64,000 nucleotides of DNA from Octopus vulgaris (Eukaryota), in assembly GCA_951406725.2 (NCBI GenBank), contig OX597817.1:100688001-100752000 (forward strand), given 5' to 3'. Below are positions 28,836 through 40,019 of the stretch, in pieces. The position numbers and the translations under genes are program-made. Position 1 is the stretch's first letter. Every line of letters starts with the position of its first letter. The notes beneath the pieces were generated by a model. The model had not been told where the DNA came from. It worked only from the letters and a program-made list of their open reading frames with translations, and searched no databases.

Positions 28836-29589
28836 ACTCACACACACACACATTATTTTAGCTTATTTTTGTACGATCAAGATTTTTAAAAAATTCAAAT
28901 TACCAGAATAAACATTATCAAGAAGGTTCTTGACGGAGGGGTTTCCAAGCGTCTCGCTAATGATAATAATAAAAACTTTGAAGAAAATACGTTTTGTGAA
29001 GCAATTTCAGTATTAAATGAATGTGTCAAATATGGTGAACAAAAACGATCAAAATTACTATAAATGATTTACCTGTACAGAAAACTCGATGTCACACATT
29101 CCTAGTAATGGAAAGAACCGGATCTAATTTTTATCGGATATTATGGTATGGAGCAATGCTTCCAAAATTGGAGACTAGAAATTCGAAGTATTTTAAAATA
29201 CTTACAAATACTGAGTTCTTTGCAGGGAAACTAGCATCTGTATACTCTTATTTCTACCTTGTTCTTAAGGACATATATAATGCCACCAAAGATTAAGGAA
29301 ATCAGTCGCATTAAGAATGATTCAATTCGTACCTAGGCACTTCAGCAAGTTAATGCAGCAACAAGTAATGGAGGATCAATATTACAGTTGCTGGAAAAGC
29401 TACTGAAATTAAAATTGTTGATGGGGCTCTTTACTACGTGAATAGTTTATCTTAAGCATATTGTTACGATAATTTATAAATCTATCTTTAATAGAAAAAT
29501 GGAAAATAGTGTGTGTGTGAAGATTCAGATTATATAAGTCTGGTTATTCTATGTCAACCAATCAGTGTTTGGTATATTTAAATTCTTCA

Positions 29590-29740
29590 CAGTGTGGTAA
29601 GAAATTTGTTTCCCAACCACATGGTCTCGAGTTTAGTGCCACTGCGTAGCATCTTAGGAACATGTCTTACAATATAACCCGGGTCGACCAAAGCCTTGTA
29701 TGTGGATTTTGTATACAGAAACTGAAAGTACCCAGTCGTA
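29590..29740 (+). mobile_element. Partial tRNA-derived SINE (family of 48608-49020)
   Basis: GTGTGGTAAG..CCAACCACATGG..CGACCAAAGCCTTG..AAACTGAAAG. Confidence 0.75.
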
Positions 29741-29854
29741 TATATATATATATATAGTAAAAAAAAAACGAAGAAAAACACAAGAAAATACAATAACGCG
29801 AGGACGTGGTACATACAAAGTATTAGCAGATGCTCTGGGGAGGAAAGAAAAGTA

Positions 29855-29890
29855 GTTTTTACGTTTCGAGCAAAGCTCTTCATCAGAAAC
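29855..29890 (-). ncRNA. Minimal type I hammerhead ribozyme
   Basis: GUUU CUGAUGA A GAGC UUU GCUC GAAA CG UA AAAAC; minimal helix III typical of Penelope-like elements. Confidence 0.75.
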
Positions 29891-30204
29891 AGGAAACGGA
29901 GGTATGTCCAGGAAAGAAAGGAAGGCGGCGGTAAAAATTTTGAAATGACCCGAAGGGAATGGGTGAAAAAAAAGTTCTTTCTAAAGACAGGAAAGTGTAA
30001 AAGAAGGAGGTGTCTGTGTGTATGTGTGGGTATGTGCTTGCGCGCAAGTCTGTGTGTGTGTAATAGCATGTGTGTGTGTTGTGCGTGTGGTGTTTGTGTG
30101 GGGTTGGCTGTTTATACCTGCATGCGTGAGTGACCTTTGTGTCTCTTAATGTTGTAGGAAGAATTCAGCTGCATGGTAACAGGACTGGTGGCCTTTTGTG
30201 TGGC

Positions 30205-30254
<50 letters not shown>

Positions 30255-30267
30255 TTGTTTTTTGTTT

Positions 30268-30475
30268 TTTGTTTTTCCAGTTTCAGCTCTTGAGCTGTGG
30301 CCATGCTGGGGCACCGCCATTGTGGTGAAAGAGTACAGCAGGGATCACCACCCCCTGCCGGAGCCTCGTAGAGCTTTTTAGGTGTTTTTCGCTCAATAAA
30401 CACACACAACGCCCGGTCTGAGAATCGAAACCGCGATCCTGCGACCGCGAGTCCGCTGCCCTAACCACTAGGCCA
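30268..30475 (-). mobile_element. tRNA-derived SINE
   Basis: Minus strand: TGGCCTAGTGGTTAGGGCAGCGG (A box), GGTTTCGATTCTC (B box), 3' part CCCCAGCATGGCCACAGCTC. Confidence 0.8.
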
Positions 30476-30583
30476 TATATATATATATAATATATATATA
30501 TATATAGCGTGCAAGGAATCCTATGATGGATCCTCTTGTGTGTTTAAATGTACACTGTATTTGTATATATATATATTTATATA

Positions 30584-30689
<106 letters not shown>

Positions 30690-30990
30690 GCAGTCCGTCG
30701 CCTACGACGACGCGGGTTCCATTTGATCCGATCAACGGAACATCTTGCTGTTGAGATTAACATGCAAATAGCTGAGCACTCTACAGACACGCGTACCCCT
30801 TACACACTTCTCTGGGAGATTCAGCGTGACACAGAGAGTGACAAGGCTGGCCCCTTGAATTACAGGTACTACTCATTTTTGCCAGCTCAGTGAAATAAAG
30901 TGTCTTGCTCAAGGACAAAACGCACCGCTGGGAATCGAACTCGTGACCCTACGATCGCGTGCCGAATACCCTAGCCACTAAGCCACGCGG
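30690..30990 (-). mobile_element. tRNA-derived SINE related to 10425-10657
   Basis: GCGTGGCTTAGTGGCTAGGG, GAGTTCGATTCCC, GTCCTTGAGCAAGACACTTTATTTCAC, GCTGGCAAAAATGAGTA. Confidence 0.85.
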
Positions 30991-31202
30991 ATTCACTATG
31001 TATGCATGTATGAGTGTGTATATATATACATACACACACGCACACACGCACATATTCATAATTATATTAGAGGGTACAAGAAACAGCAGCTTGCTAAAAA
31101 GTGGGAGTAAAAACCCCCAACTTAATCATCAATCTCATTGAAAATATGCATCGGACCAACAGAAATCGGGCAAACGAGCGGAGTTTAACATACTATCTAG
31201 AG

Positions 31203-31976
31203 CAGTGATTTCCAACCGATTTTTGACCATGCCCCACTGAATGATGTCTAAAATCCTGATGCCCCCTTGTGATATTTTTCGCCCATAACTCGGTGACAGT
31301 TTATCGTGGATAGCGGGTGTAAATCTAAATTTTAAATATTCCTCTGAATATTGACGAACTTTTTTGGTCAAACTAAAGTGTTTGAACCGAGCGAAAAAAC
31401 AAAAAACAAAACAATAGTGCAATAAGTGTAGAACAACATGTAGTAAACGAATATGAAAAAAATGCGCGCTGGCGAGCAGGAGGCGGGGGAGGGGTCTTGA
31501 AGCATTCACATCGAGAATGTTCCCAGTCCTCTCACCATTTTCCCGTCCGTTGGCGAATTTTTTTCTTCATATTCGTTTACTACACATTATTTTACACCTA
31601 GTACACTATTCGTTTTTCAATTCTTGTACGGGTGTGGGTGGGGCGTGGACTCGGATAATTCACACGATCCAGTAACCCCACTTCGACACCCGGTCACAAA
31701 AATGAAAAATAAAGAGTGTAATAGATGTAAAACAACATGTAATAAACGAATATGGGAAAAATGCGCGCTGGCGAACGGGGGAGGCGGAGGAGAGGACTCG
31801 GAAAATTCAGACATCGACTTTTTGACCCGAGTTACTAGATCGTGTGAAATATCCGAGTCCGCACCACACCTACCCCACGTCAATAAAATTGAAAAAAAAA
31901 TAGTGTACTAGGTGTAGAATAATGTGTAGTAAACAAATATGAAGAAAAGAATTCGTCGACGGACGGGGAAATGGTT
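31203..31976. mobile_element. Modular foldback element with direct and inverted ~90-bp subrepeats, preceded by a hAT-like end
   Basis: Unit ..GTAGTAAACGAATATG..(TGCGCGCTGGCGA) at ~31410, ~31700 and ~31890 (+) and inverted at ~31535-31620; CAGTGATTTCCAACC at 31203. Confidence 0.65.
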
Positions 31977-33330
31977 ATTAGTGGTATGAAGCACAGTAAA
32001 AAGATCAGTGGGGACACGCAGTCCCCTTGGAAGATGCCCCTCCTAATTTCTACTGTCCCTAAACTTCTTCCGTATGCTGTCAGGTCCGTCCTCCAATTCT
32101 CCATACTTTTTCCAAGCAATCGCTCAAGATTCGTTGCAATACCAAATAGGTTCATACTCCATAATCCAAAATAGTCGATCCATGACATGGCTAAGTTACT
32201 TTTCCCCCTCTTGCAGTCTCTAAGTACAGTTTTGTCTACCAATAGTTAATCCTTGGTATCTCTGCGATTGCAACCCTTCTGCTTATGTGACAGGACTCCA
32301 TTTTTTACCAGATGTTCGTACATTGACTCTGGGAATATTCCAGTCAATAACTTCCACATAAGGGGCAAACAGGATATCGGCCTGTAATTGTCTACCATAT
32401 TGCTTTTTCCAATGTTTTTCAGGCACAGCACTGTCCGACCCAATGTCAACCACTCTGGTGTTATTTGGTCTGCATTTAACAAGGTGTTGAGTTGCGCAGC
32501 CATTCGTGCATGAAATTCACCAAAACTTTTGATGCAGTAGCCATCTGGTCCCGGGGACTTCCAGTTGCTCATCTTTTTGCTGATTTCCTTCACTTCCCTA
32601 ACTGAAATGACTAGTTCTGCCTGTTTTGGACAGACTGCTGTTTGTTTCAGTTCTTGCAACCATTCAGCATCCTTCTTTTGCTCCTTGTCTTTGCTTCAGA
32701 TGTAACTCCAAAACATTTGACTTTCAATGTAATCTGGTATCAGCTTTTCACCTGTACACTCTTTATTTATTTCTTTATAGAAACGCTTGTGATCTCCTCT
32801 GGATAACCTATTCTGGTGGTAACCCTTCATTTTTTGGTCGTATCTTACCATATTTGCTTTCTTTGCAACGAGGTGCTGTTTCAGTTCCTCCATTACTACT
32901 TTCATCCCCTTTCTGTCAATATTATACTTCCTTTTCAGCGCCTTGTATTTCTGCTCGCCTTTCTCTTTTCGGTCTAACACAGAGATTTCCTTCGAGAGTA
33001 TGTCTAACCCTGCCTAGATTCTTCTATTCCACCATGGATCTTTTCTTTTGTCACTCCATTATATTATGTTTCTTTTTCTTGACATCAACACCCACGTTTT
33101 CTGCTACAACAATATTTCCTGCCTTGATCAAATTATTTGTTTCTGTGATGTTGTCTGTTCTGATGTATTTCAGAATTTCATTGACATTTTTCGTTTCTTG
33201 GTTCAATTTCCATCAATCATCGTTTTTAAGGTTGCAAATAATGTTGCTATCGCTCTCCTGTAGTCTTGCCTTTATTCAGCCGTAGATTGCCTTTTGTTCA
33301 TCTGTCATGTCGTCATTAGTTTTAATGTCG
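31977..33330 (-). mobile_element. R4/Dong-clade retrotransposon fragment (pre-RT and RT N-half)
   Basis: MEELKQHL, NWKSPGPDG, NYRPISCLPLMWKLLTGI, QKGC, SNLAMSWIDY, RRGIFQGDCVSPLIF. Confidence 0.9.
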
Positions 33331-33332
33331 TC

Positions 33333-33666
<334 letters not shown>

Positions 33667-34220
33667 GAGTGAGAGAGCAGTTCATGCCATCAAAGTGACA
33701 CTGGGGTAAAATATACGAAGCCCAATATACCCATCATGACTACCCGTCTGATAAGGGTACACCAGGCACATGCATCACAACCATATGTGCACGACATGGT
33801 GATCTCATATCAAGATAAACAGCACATGACCTTGCAGGTTGGGCCCAGTTAGAATTTTCTTCAGGTTGAGTAGCCCATCCCGCTCAAACGGTCCCTGAAT
33901 AAGGGCTGTTTAAGGATATTGAAAGAACCACCCTTGTTTCCAGAGGTGAATTATTCAAACCCCAGAGAATCCCTCTCAACACATGGCTATGATGCTCCCC
34001 CACTACTTCTGCTCGTGATCAGAGATGCACATATCGTCAGCCACTAAGGGACATGCTCAACTGGTTAAGGTCAAACAACTGACAAGCAAATCTGTGGTAT
34101 TGAGCAGAATATTTGCTGTAGCCCATCTTTTATACCAAGACAAAACAATGTACATGATAACACTTCCAATCAGTTAAGATCAGAAGCCATGAGAGCCTCT
34201 GCCTGGTACTGCATCAGGGC

Positions 34221-34223
<3 letters not shown>
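33667..34223. mobile_element. ~560-bp non-coding insertion between two (ATT)n tracts
   Basis: Sharp boundaries, higher GC than flanks, no ORF, no TIR, no clear Pol III boxes. Confidence 0.6.
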
Positions 34224-34286
<63 letters not shown>

Positions 34287-34294
34287 CATCATCA

Positions 34295-34383
<89 letters not shown>

Positions 34384-34386
34384 ATT
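34224..34386. repeat. (ATT)n/(GTT)n microsatellite
   Basis: Directly visible. Confidence 0.97.
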
Positions 34387-34579
34387 AAATATTTATATAT
34401 TTACTGCTAATGGTAATCGTAATAATAATATCTGTATTAATATTCATTCGAATATTTAGTCATTTATCTTAAATTTATACACTGAATTTGTTTTGAATTT
34501 GGCTCTGAAATTGTTTTGAGTTCAACGCTTGACGGATAAAACAAGGCAAGTAGGATTTTAACACTAGGTATTTAGTAAG

Positions 34580-34632
34580 ACCTGCTGAAGAGAATTGAGA
34601 AGTAACCCAGAATTCGAAATCATGATACAGGT
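34580..34632 (+). ncRNA. Canonical type I hammerhead ribozyme
   Basis: ACCUG CUGAAGA GAAUU(14 nt)AAUUC GAAA UCAUGA UA CAGGU; all core nucleotides intact, helix III palindromic, AUA triplet. Confidence 0.9.
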
Positions 34633-34957
34633 ATATCTATTACCAAATTATATAGCTTTCAGCTGCGTTAAAATGTTAAACTATCCCTACTCGTTCGCCC
34701 GATTTCTGTTAGTCTGTTATGATTTTCAATGAGCTTGGTGGCTTTTTGAGTATTTTAACTCTTATTTCTAGCAAGCTGGTACTTCGTGTACCGTCTATTA
34801 TAATTATCTATCAATTATAAAATTTTATTGATTTGCCATATAACGGCATTATTGCTTGCTTGCCACTAATATTATTGTTATTATTATTATTAATTATTTA
34901 TATATTTAATGCTAATGATAATAATATCTATATGAATATCCAATCGAATATTGGCTC

Positions 34958-35004
<47 letters not shown>

Positions 35005-35024
35005 CATGTATACATACACACACG

Positions 35025-35057
<33 letters not shown>

Positions 35058-35058
<1 letters not shown>

Positions 35059-35311
35059 CGACAGTCTTCTTTCCACTCGGGCCAAATTCAATATAGCCCG
35101 AGGCTATAGTTGAAAACACTTGCCCAAGGTACCACGTAGTGCGACTAAACCTGGAACCATGTGGTTGGGAAGCAAGCTTCTTACCAACCACATAGTTCTG
35201 CGTTCAGTCCCACTGCATGGCACCTTCAGCAAGTGTCTTCTGCTGTAGCTTTGGGCCGACCAAATCCTTGTGCGTAGATTTGGTAGACGGAAACTGAAAG
35301 AAGCCCGTCGT
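35058..35311. mobile_element. Two SINE copies fused head-to-head as a palindrome
   Basis: Minus copy 35058-35176 and plus copy 35177-35311 of the 48608 family meet at AAGCTT (35174-35179). Confidence 0.8.
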
Positions 35312-35485
35312 ATATATATATATATATATATGACTACTAATATAGGATGAATTTCTTTTTACAGAAAAAAAATTCCATCAAAAAATGTGGCAGCATATTA
35401 AAATACTTTTACGGTTAAAATTATAAACAACTTTCTTTAGCCCTTATATATAAGTTGTTTATATATATATATACATATATATTTG

Positions 35486-35571
<86 letters not shown>

Positions 35572-35587
35572 ATATATATATACTTAC

Positions 35588-35639
<52 letters not shown>

Positions 35640-35736
35640 AAATATTATTAGAGACAAAACCACTATTTTGCAAAACAAACAAGGAAAGACTTAATCAATA
35701 CATAAAATTTTAATAAATAGTCAAAAAAACCGCCAC

Positions 35737-35772
35737 TACAATCGTTTCTTGTCTTGATCGACAATCCTGTAA
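35737..35772 (-). ncRNA. Degenerate hammerhead remnant
   Basis: ..AGGA UUGUC GAUCAA GACAA GAAA CG AUUGUA; the CUG of the core is missing. Confidence 0.4.
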
Positions 35773-36005
35773 ATTTGGATTTATTCCCTAATATTTATTA
35801 TTATATATATAATATATATATATATACATACATATATATATATACAACTTCATGCCACAGGGATGAAAATACGAAAACTAAGAGAAGCAGCACATATGCT
35901 AGCAGACCCGAGTGCAGATATGAACAGCATATGGGAACCAGTATTAAGGCAGGATAGGAGAATACTAGATTTATAAGCCCTAAAATTCACTCCATAATTG
36001 CACAC

Positions 36006-36262
36006 GGACATATGGCTTAGTGGTTAAGAGCGTGGGCTACTAACCCCAAGATTCCGAGTTTGATTCCAGGCAGTGACCTGAATAACAATAATAATTATAA
36101 CATTGAAAAATACCTTAGGAATGAGAACTCAGGTTCGAAATTTCCCCAAGACACTTGATGGAGGTTATATCAGCCGAAACGTTGTGTTAACAACAAGATG
36201 CAGATAAATATCCGTTAATTGTAGATGATGTACATAATTCCTCATCTCTTAAATATAGAACC
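36006..36262 (+). mobile_element. tRNA-headed SINE-like element with hammerhead-like 3' part
   Basis: A box TGGCTTAGTGG 36013-36023, B box GAGTTTGATTCC 36056-36067, AAT linker, then ACAC UUGAUGG A GGUU AUAUC AGCC GAAA CG UU GUGU at 36151-36187. Confidence 0.65.
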
Positions 36263-37009
36263 GTAGAATTTGTATGTCCTTTTTTGTGTGATTGTAGTTG
36301 TATCTGTGATTTGTGTTTAAGCTGTTTCTTTTATTGTAGAATTGTAGAGTTGTGGATTTGTGCGTGTGTGCGTGTGTGTGTGTACATTGTATTCTTAGAG
36401 AATAACTACTGCCTCATTGAACAGCACTCATGCCTGTGTTTTGCTGTAGATAGTAAAAGCATTGCGAGTGGATTTCTTTTCGATGGATTTGTTATCAGAG
36501 TTTGTTGTTGCTTCGGGGATTTTTGCTGCTTATGTTACTATTGTTGTTGTTGGTGGTAGTGTTGCCTTTCTAGTTTTTGTTGTTATTGCTGCCTTTATAG
36601 TAGTTGATTCGGTTTTTGTTACTGTAGTTGTCCTTATGACTGCTACAGTTGCTGCTGTTATTGTTTATCATGCTTCTGCAGCAGCTGCTGCAGCTGTGTT
36701 TATTGCTGTTGCTCTATTGGCTTTGTTGTAGTCGTTGCTGTAGTTGATAACAGTGGTATTTTGTGCGTGTGGTTGGCGATGTGTTCTCAGTTAGTTGTGG
36801 TGGTTGTTATAATGGAGAAAGCCTTCCCTATCCAAGTTACATTGCTAACTATGCTGGATCTGTTGCAGATACTTGGCTAGGTTTGTGTGAAAAGAAGGAA
36901 GTCTTCGTTGAATAAAATTGAATAAATATATGTCCTGTTAGCTTTTCCATTCTTGTTCATCTTGGTACTGTTCTAATTGCTTGTGTTATTCTTACTATTG
37001 TTACTAAGG

Positions 37010-37200
37010 TACCTAGCTGACAAAATGTTTATCGGTATTTCTTTTGTCTTTATGTTCTGAGTTCAAATGTCATCGGGGTCGACTTTATCCTCCAGCCTTT
37101 TGAGGTCGATAAAATAAATACCAGTTGAGCATTGTGGTCGATGCAATCGACTTGCTCCTTCCCCCGAAATTGCTGGCCTTCTGCCAAATTTTGAAACCGC
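37010..37200 (+). mobile_element. Meta/MESC-like SINE
   Basis: GTTCTGAGTTCAAATG..GTCGATAAAATAAATACCAGTTGAGC..GTCGATGCAATCGACTT. Confidence 0.82.
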
Positions 37201-37696
37201 CATTACTTACGTTATTGTTATTATTGCCGATGCTTTTGTAGTTTTTTGAAGTTTATCTCCATATAAATTATCTTTAGCTTTACTGGCTTAGAAGCGAAGA
37301 ACGCTTTCCTTTTCACTTGTTCTTTTTCTTTTCTTCCTTCTCCCTCCATATTTTACGTTCTCTTCTCTTTCCTCTTTGCTATGCAATTTTGTGTTGAACT
37401 ATGTTTGTTATCGGGCTGTTGATGGCATTTATAAAATTTTGCCTTAAAAATTAACCCAGCACAAATTCAATACTAAAAACTCGCAGATTGTCTCGGAGGG
37501 GAAATCATACGATAAAATTAGACTCCTCAAGACTCAGCTGGTCTTATTCAGTATCCAATTATACTATTTACTTTTTTAATGTTTAAACTTTTAGGTGTCG
37601 AAAAGATTGATTTTCTGTAAAAATTTTCTGTGTGAAAGCTGCGCCTAACTCCCAGGAACGGTAGATGATAATGATGATGATGATGATGATAATGAA

Positions 37697-39037
37697 TTTT
37701 TTTTAATTTGCCACCAGGGTGAAGTATGAAGGGGACAATACAAAGACAGACATAAACTGTTAGGGTTTACTTATAATAAGATAAAAAATAATATGCATAT
37801 ACATATATATAGTATATACCGTGCATAATAAAACAAAGAAGGGAAGCATACATAGTATACAACAATAAAAAGAAAGAAGGAAAAAGAGGGTGGTAAGGGT
37901 CCTCATGATACAAGAGAACGTCTAGGAACGATCGAGGAACCTCACTGTCCAAGATCTCTCTGAACATCCAGGGCAAGTACCCTCTCCAATTCCTCTTCTC
38001 CAACTCAGATTTACATTTAGAGCGGTACCATCCACTCTTGCCATTTTCGCAACTGTCACCTACCTTTCAATAAATTCACTCGAGGACAGTACCGCCATCT
38101 CCATCCTCACATTCCTTTCCATGTGAAACTTGAAAAAGTGGACGAGTGCTTTATCAATGTGTCTCTATCCCTATGCCTTCCAACCTCGTCCATCAGACAA
38201 TCTTTTTCGTCACAGCCACTAGACAAAGGAAAACCGATTAAAAGTGGGCAGCTGTTCGACATAACTACACAAGTCAGCAATTCCTGGACACTGAATGAGT
38301 GCATGCAGAATGGTTCCGTCGCTCTGTGCGCAACTCGGACAAATTTGTCGTTATCGGCTTTCAACTGAACTCGTGTCCGCTGCCGAGAGCCGCTGCAGGC
38401 TGTCCAGGTCTCTGGTCTGTGTAGCCGACCAATTTGAATTGTGGACAACCTACGCTATCCCTATCTGCTGACTTATCAAATACTTTACCAAGATACGATC
38501 TGGATGGTCCGTTGTGTTTGCTCTATGTTCACACTGGAATATCAAGGACATCCAATCGATTCCTTTCAAATAGATGGAAGTTTCTGAGCAAGCTTTCGAG
38601 GCTTTTACACGTCATTTTGCTATATACTAACCTCACGTCCTTCCATTCGTCCAAAATACTATTCCAGTCTACAATTAGTGCAAGTCATTCTCAGGAATGT
38701 TTCTAGAGCCCTGAAAAAATCTAGCGTTCCAGTTTACCTTCCCGACTACCTGGGTAAAAGCATCACCTTCGTTACCATTCAAGTTTAGAATCACTAACTT
38801 ATCGTTCGTTTCCAAGACGATTGCTCGTACTTTGAAACCTAAGGATTTTCGGAAAATACTGCTACACCGCCACCTGCTTCCGACAGACTACAAGATGATA
38901 ATATCTCGTTGTTTTCGAAAATGGATGTTGAAGTATGCTTCCCGGAAATTTTCGTCTCACTAATGAGGTTCACATCTAAATCAAGCAACCTGAAATAGCC
39001 GAGCAGGCGACCCTGCTTTTAAACTGAACCCAGACCC
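37697..39037 (-). mobile_element. Tx1/L1-clade LINE, internally deleted (AP endonuclease joined to C-terminus)
   Basis: GLGSV*KQGRLL..LISETK..GGGVAV..DWN..SYLDRIL, then TILHALIQCPGI and FFKFH..SEFIER; 3' UTR ends in poly(A) near 37697-37706; no RT motifs between. Confidence 0.72.
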
Positions 39038-39050
39038 CTAACATTTACAC

Positions 39051-39937
39051 AGCAGAGGACTAATTAGTATAGACATTGTATAAGGAGTGAAAGGAGACCG
39101 CTTGTCGATTATGTGATAAATAGTGATGCAATATGCCGCGAAAGATATGGGTATAAATGCAGATGAAATGATGGGCAAGGAAGAGTTTAACCAAAGAGCT
39201 GTGGAGAAGAGAAAAGAAGACCTTGAAATGAGAATGCATGGACAGTTTGAAAGGAATACACAAGATGTTAAGGACAATACAGCATCGTGGGCATGGCTTG
39301 AGCGAGGGGATTTGAAGCGTACCACCGAAAGCCTGATCATTACTGCACAAGACCAGACTCTCGCTACCAATTCAGTGAAGTATAACATCTATAAAACATC
39401 TGACACTCAGAAATACAGACTCTGTGGAAAGAGTGTAGATAATGTGACCCACTTGGTAAGTGGATGTCAGAGCCTTGAACAAAAAGAATACAAGCGCCAT
39501 CACGATGGAAAAGTAGCGATACTCTAGGACTATGATTTTCAGACGGATCGTATAATCGAATACTGTTAGCCGGATATTGTCATATTGAATAAAAGAGACA
39601 AATACTGTCAGCCAAATCAAATGGCATGAATGTTGTGAGTAAAGAGGGTGAAAAAATCACTAAGTACTCCAAATTGAGAGTGGAAATGTCAAGGCTGTAT
39701 GGAATGCGAAAGGGCAATGTAAAAGTGATACCAGTGGTGATCGGAGCGTTGAGGTCAGTCCCATTGAAACTTCAAGACTTCTTAAGGCATCTGGAAATCC
39801 CGTGCAAGATTGATGTTTTGCAAAAAGCAGCCTTATTGGTCACAGCGCACATCTTAAGTATTATCTGTCTGAAATCCTTGTTGTGACTTGACAGATGATT
39901 AAAGACTCCGGTGCATTCTTACCTATCTGTGTTACGA
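39051..39937 (+). mobile_element. R4/Dong-clade retrotransposon 3' fragment
   Basis: MHGQF, WLERGDLKRTTESLIITAQDQ, RLCGKSVDNVTHLVSGC, EYKRHHD, PDIVI, EKITKY, VIPVVIGAL, LQKAALL; followed by (AAT)n. Confidence 0.92.

Positions 39938-40003
<66 letters not shown>
39938..40003. repeat. (AAT)n between two Dong-like copies
   Basis: Directly visible. Confidence 0.97.
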
Positions 40004-40019
40004 TACTAGAATATTTGAT

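Noticed and set aside
32626-33285. 219-aa plus-strand ORF
   Set aside because: Antisense shadow of the Dong-like fragment
36006-36080. Functional tRNA gene
   Set aside because: Acceptor stem does not close and no poly-T terminator follows; treated as a SINE head
36462-36731. Hydrophobic Val/Ala-rich ORF resembling a membrane protein
   Set aside because: Decayed (GTT/GCT)n low-complexity sequence
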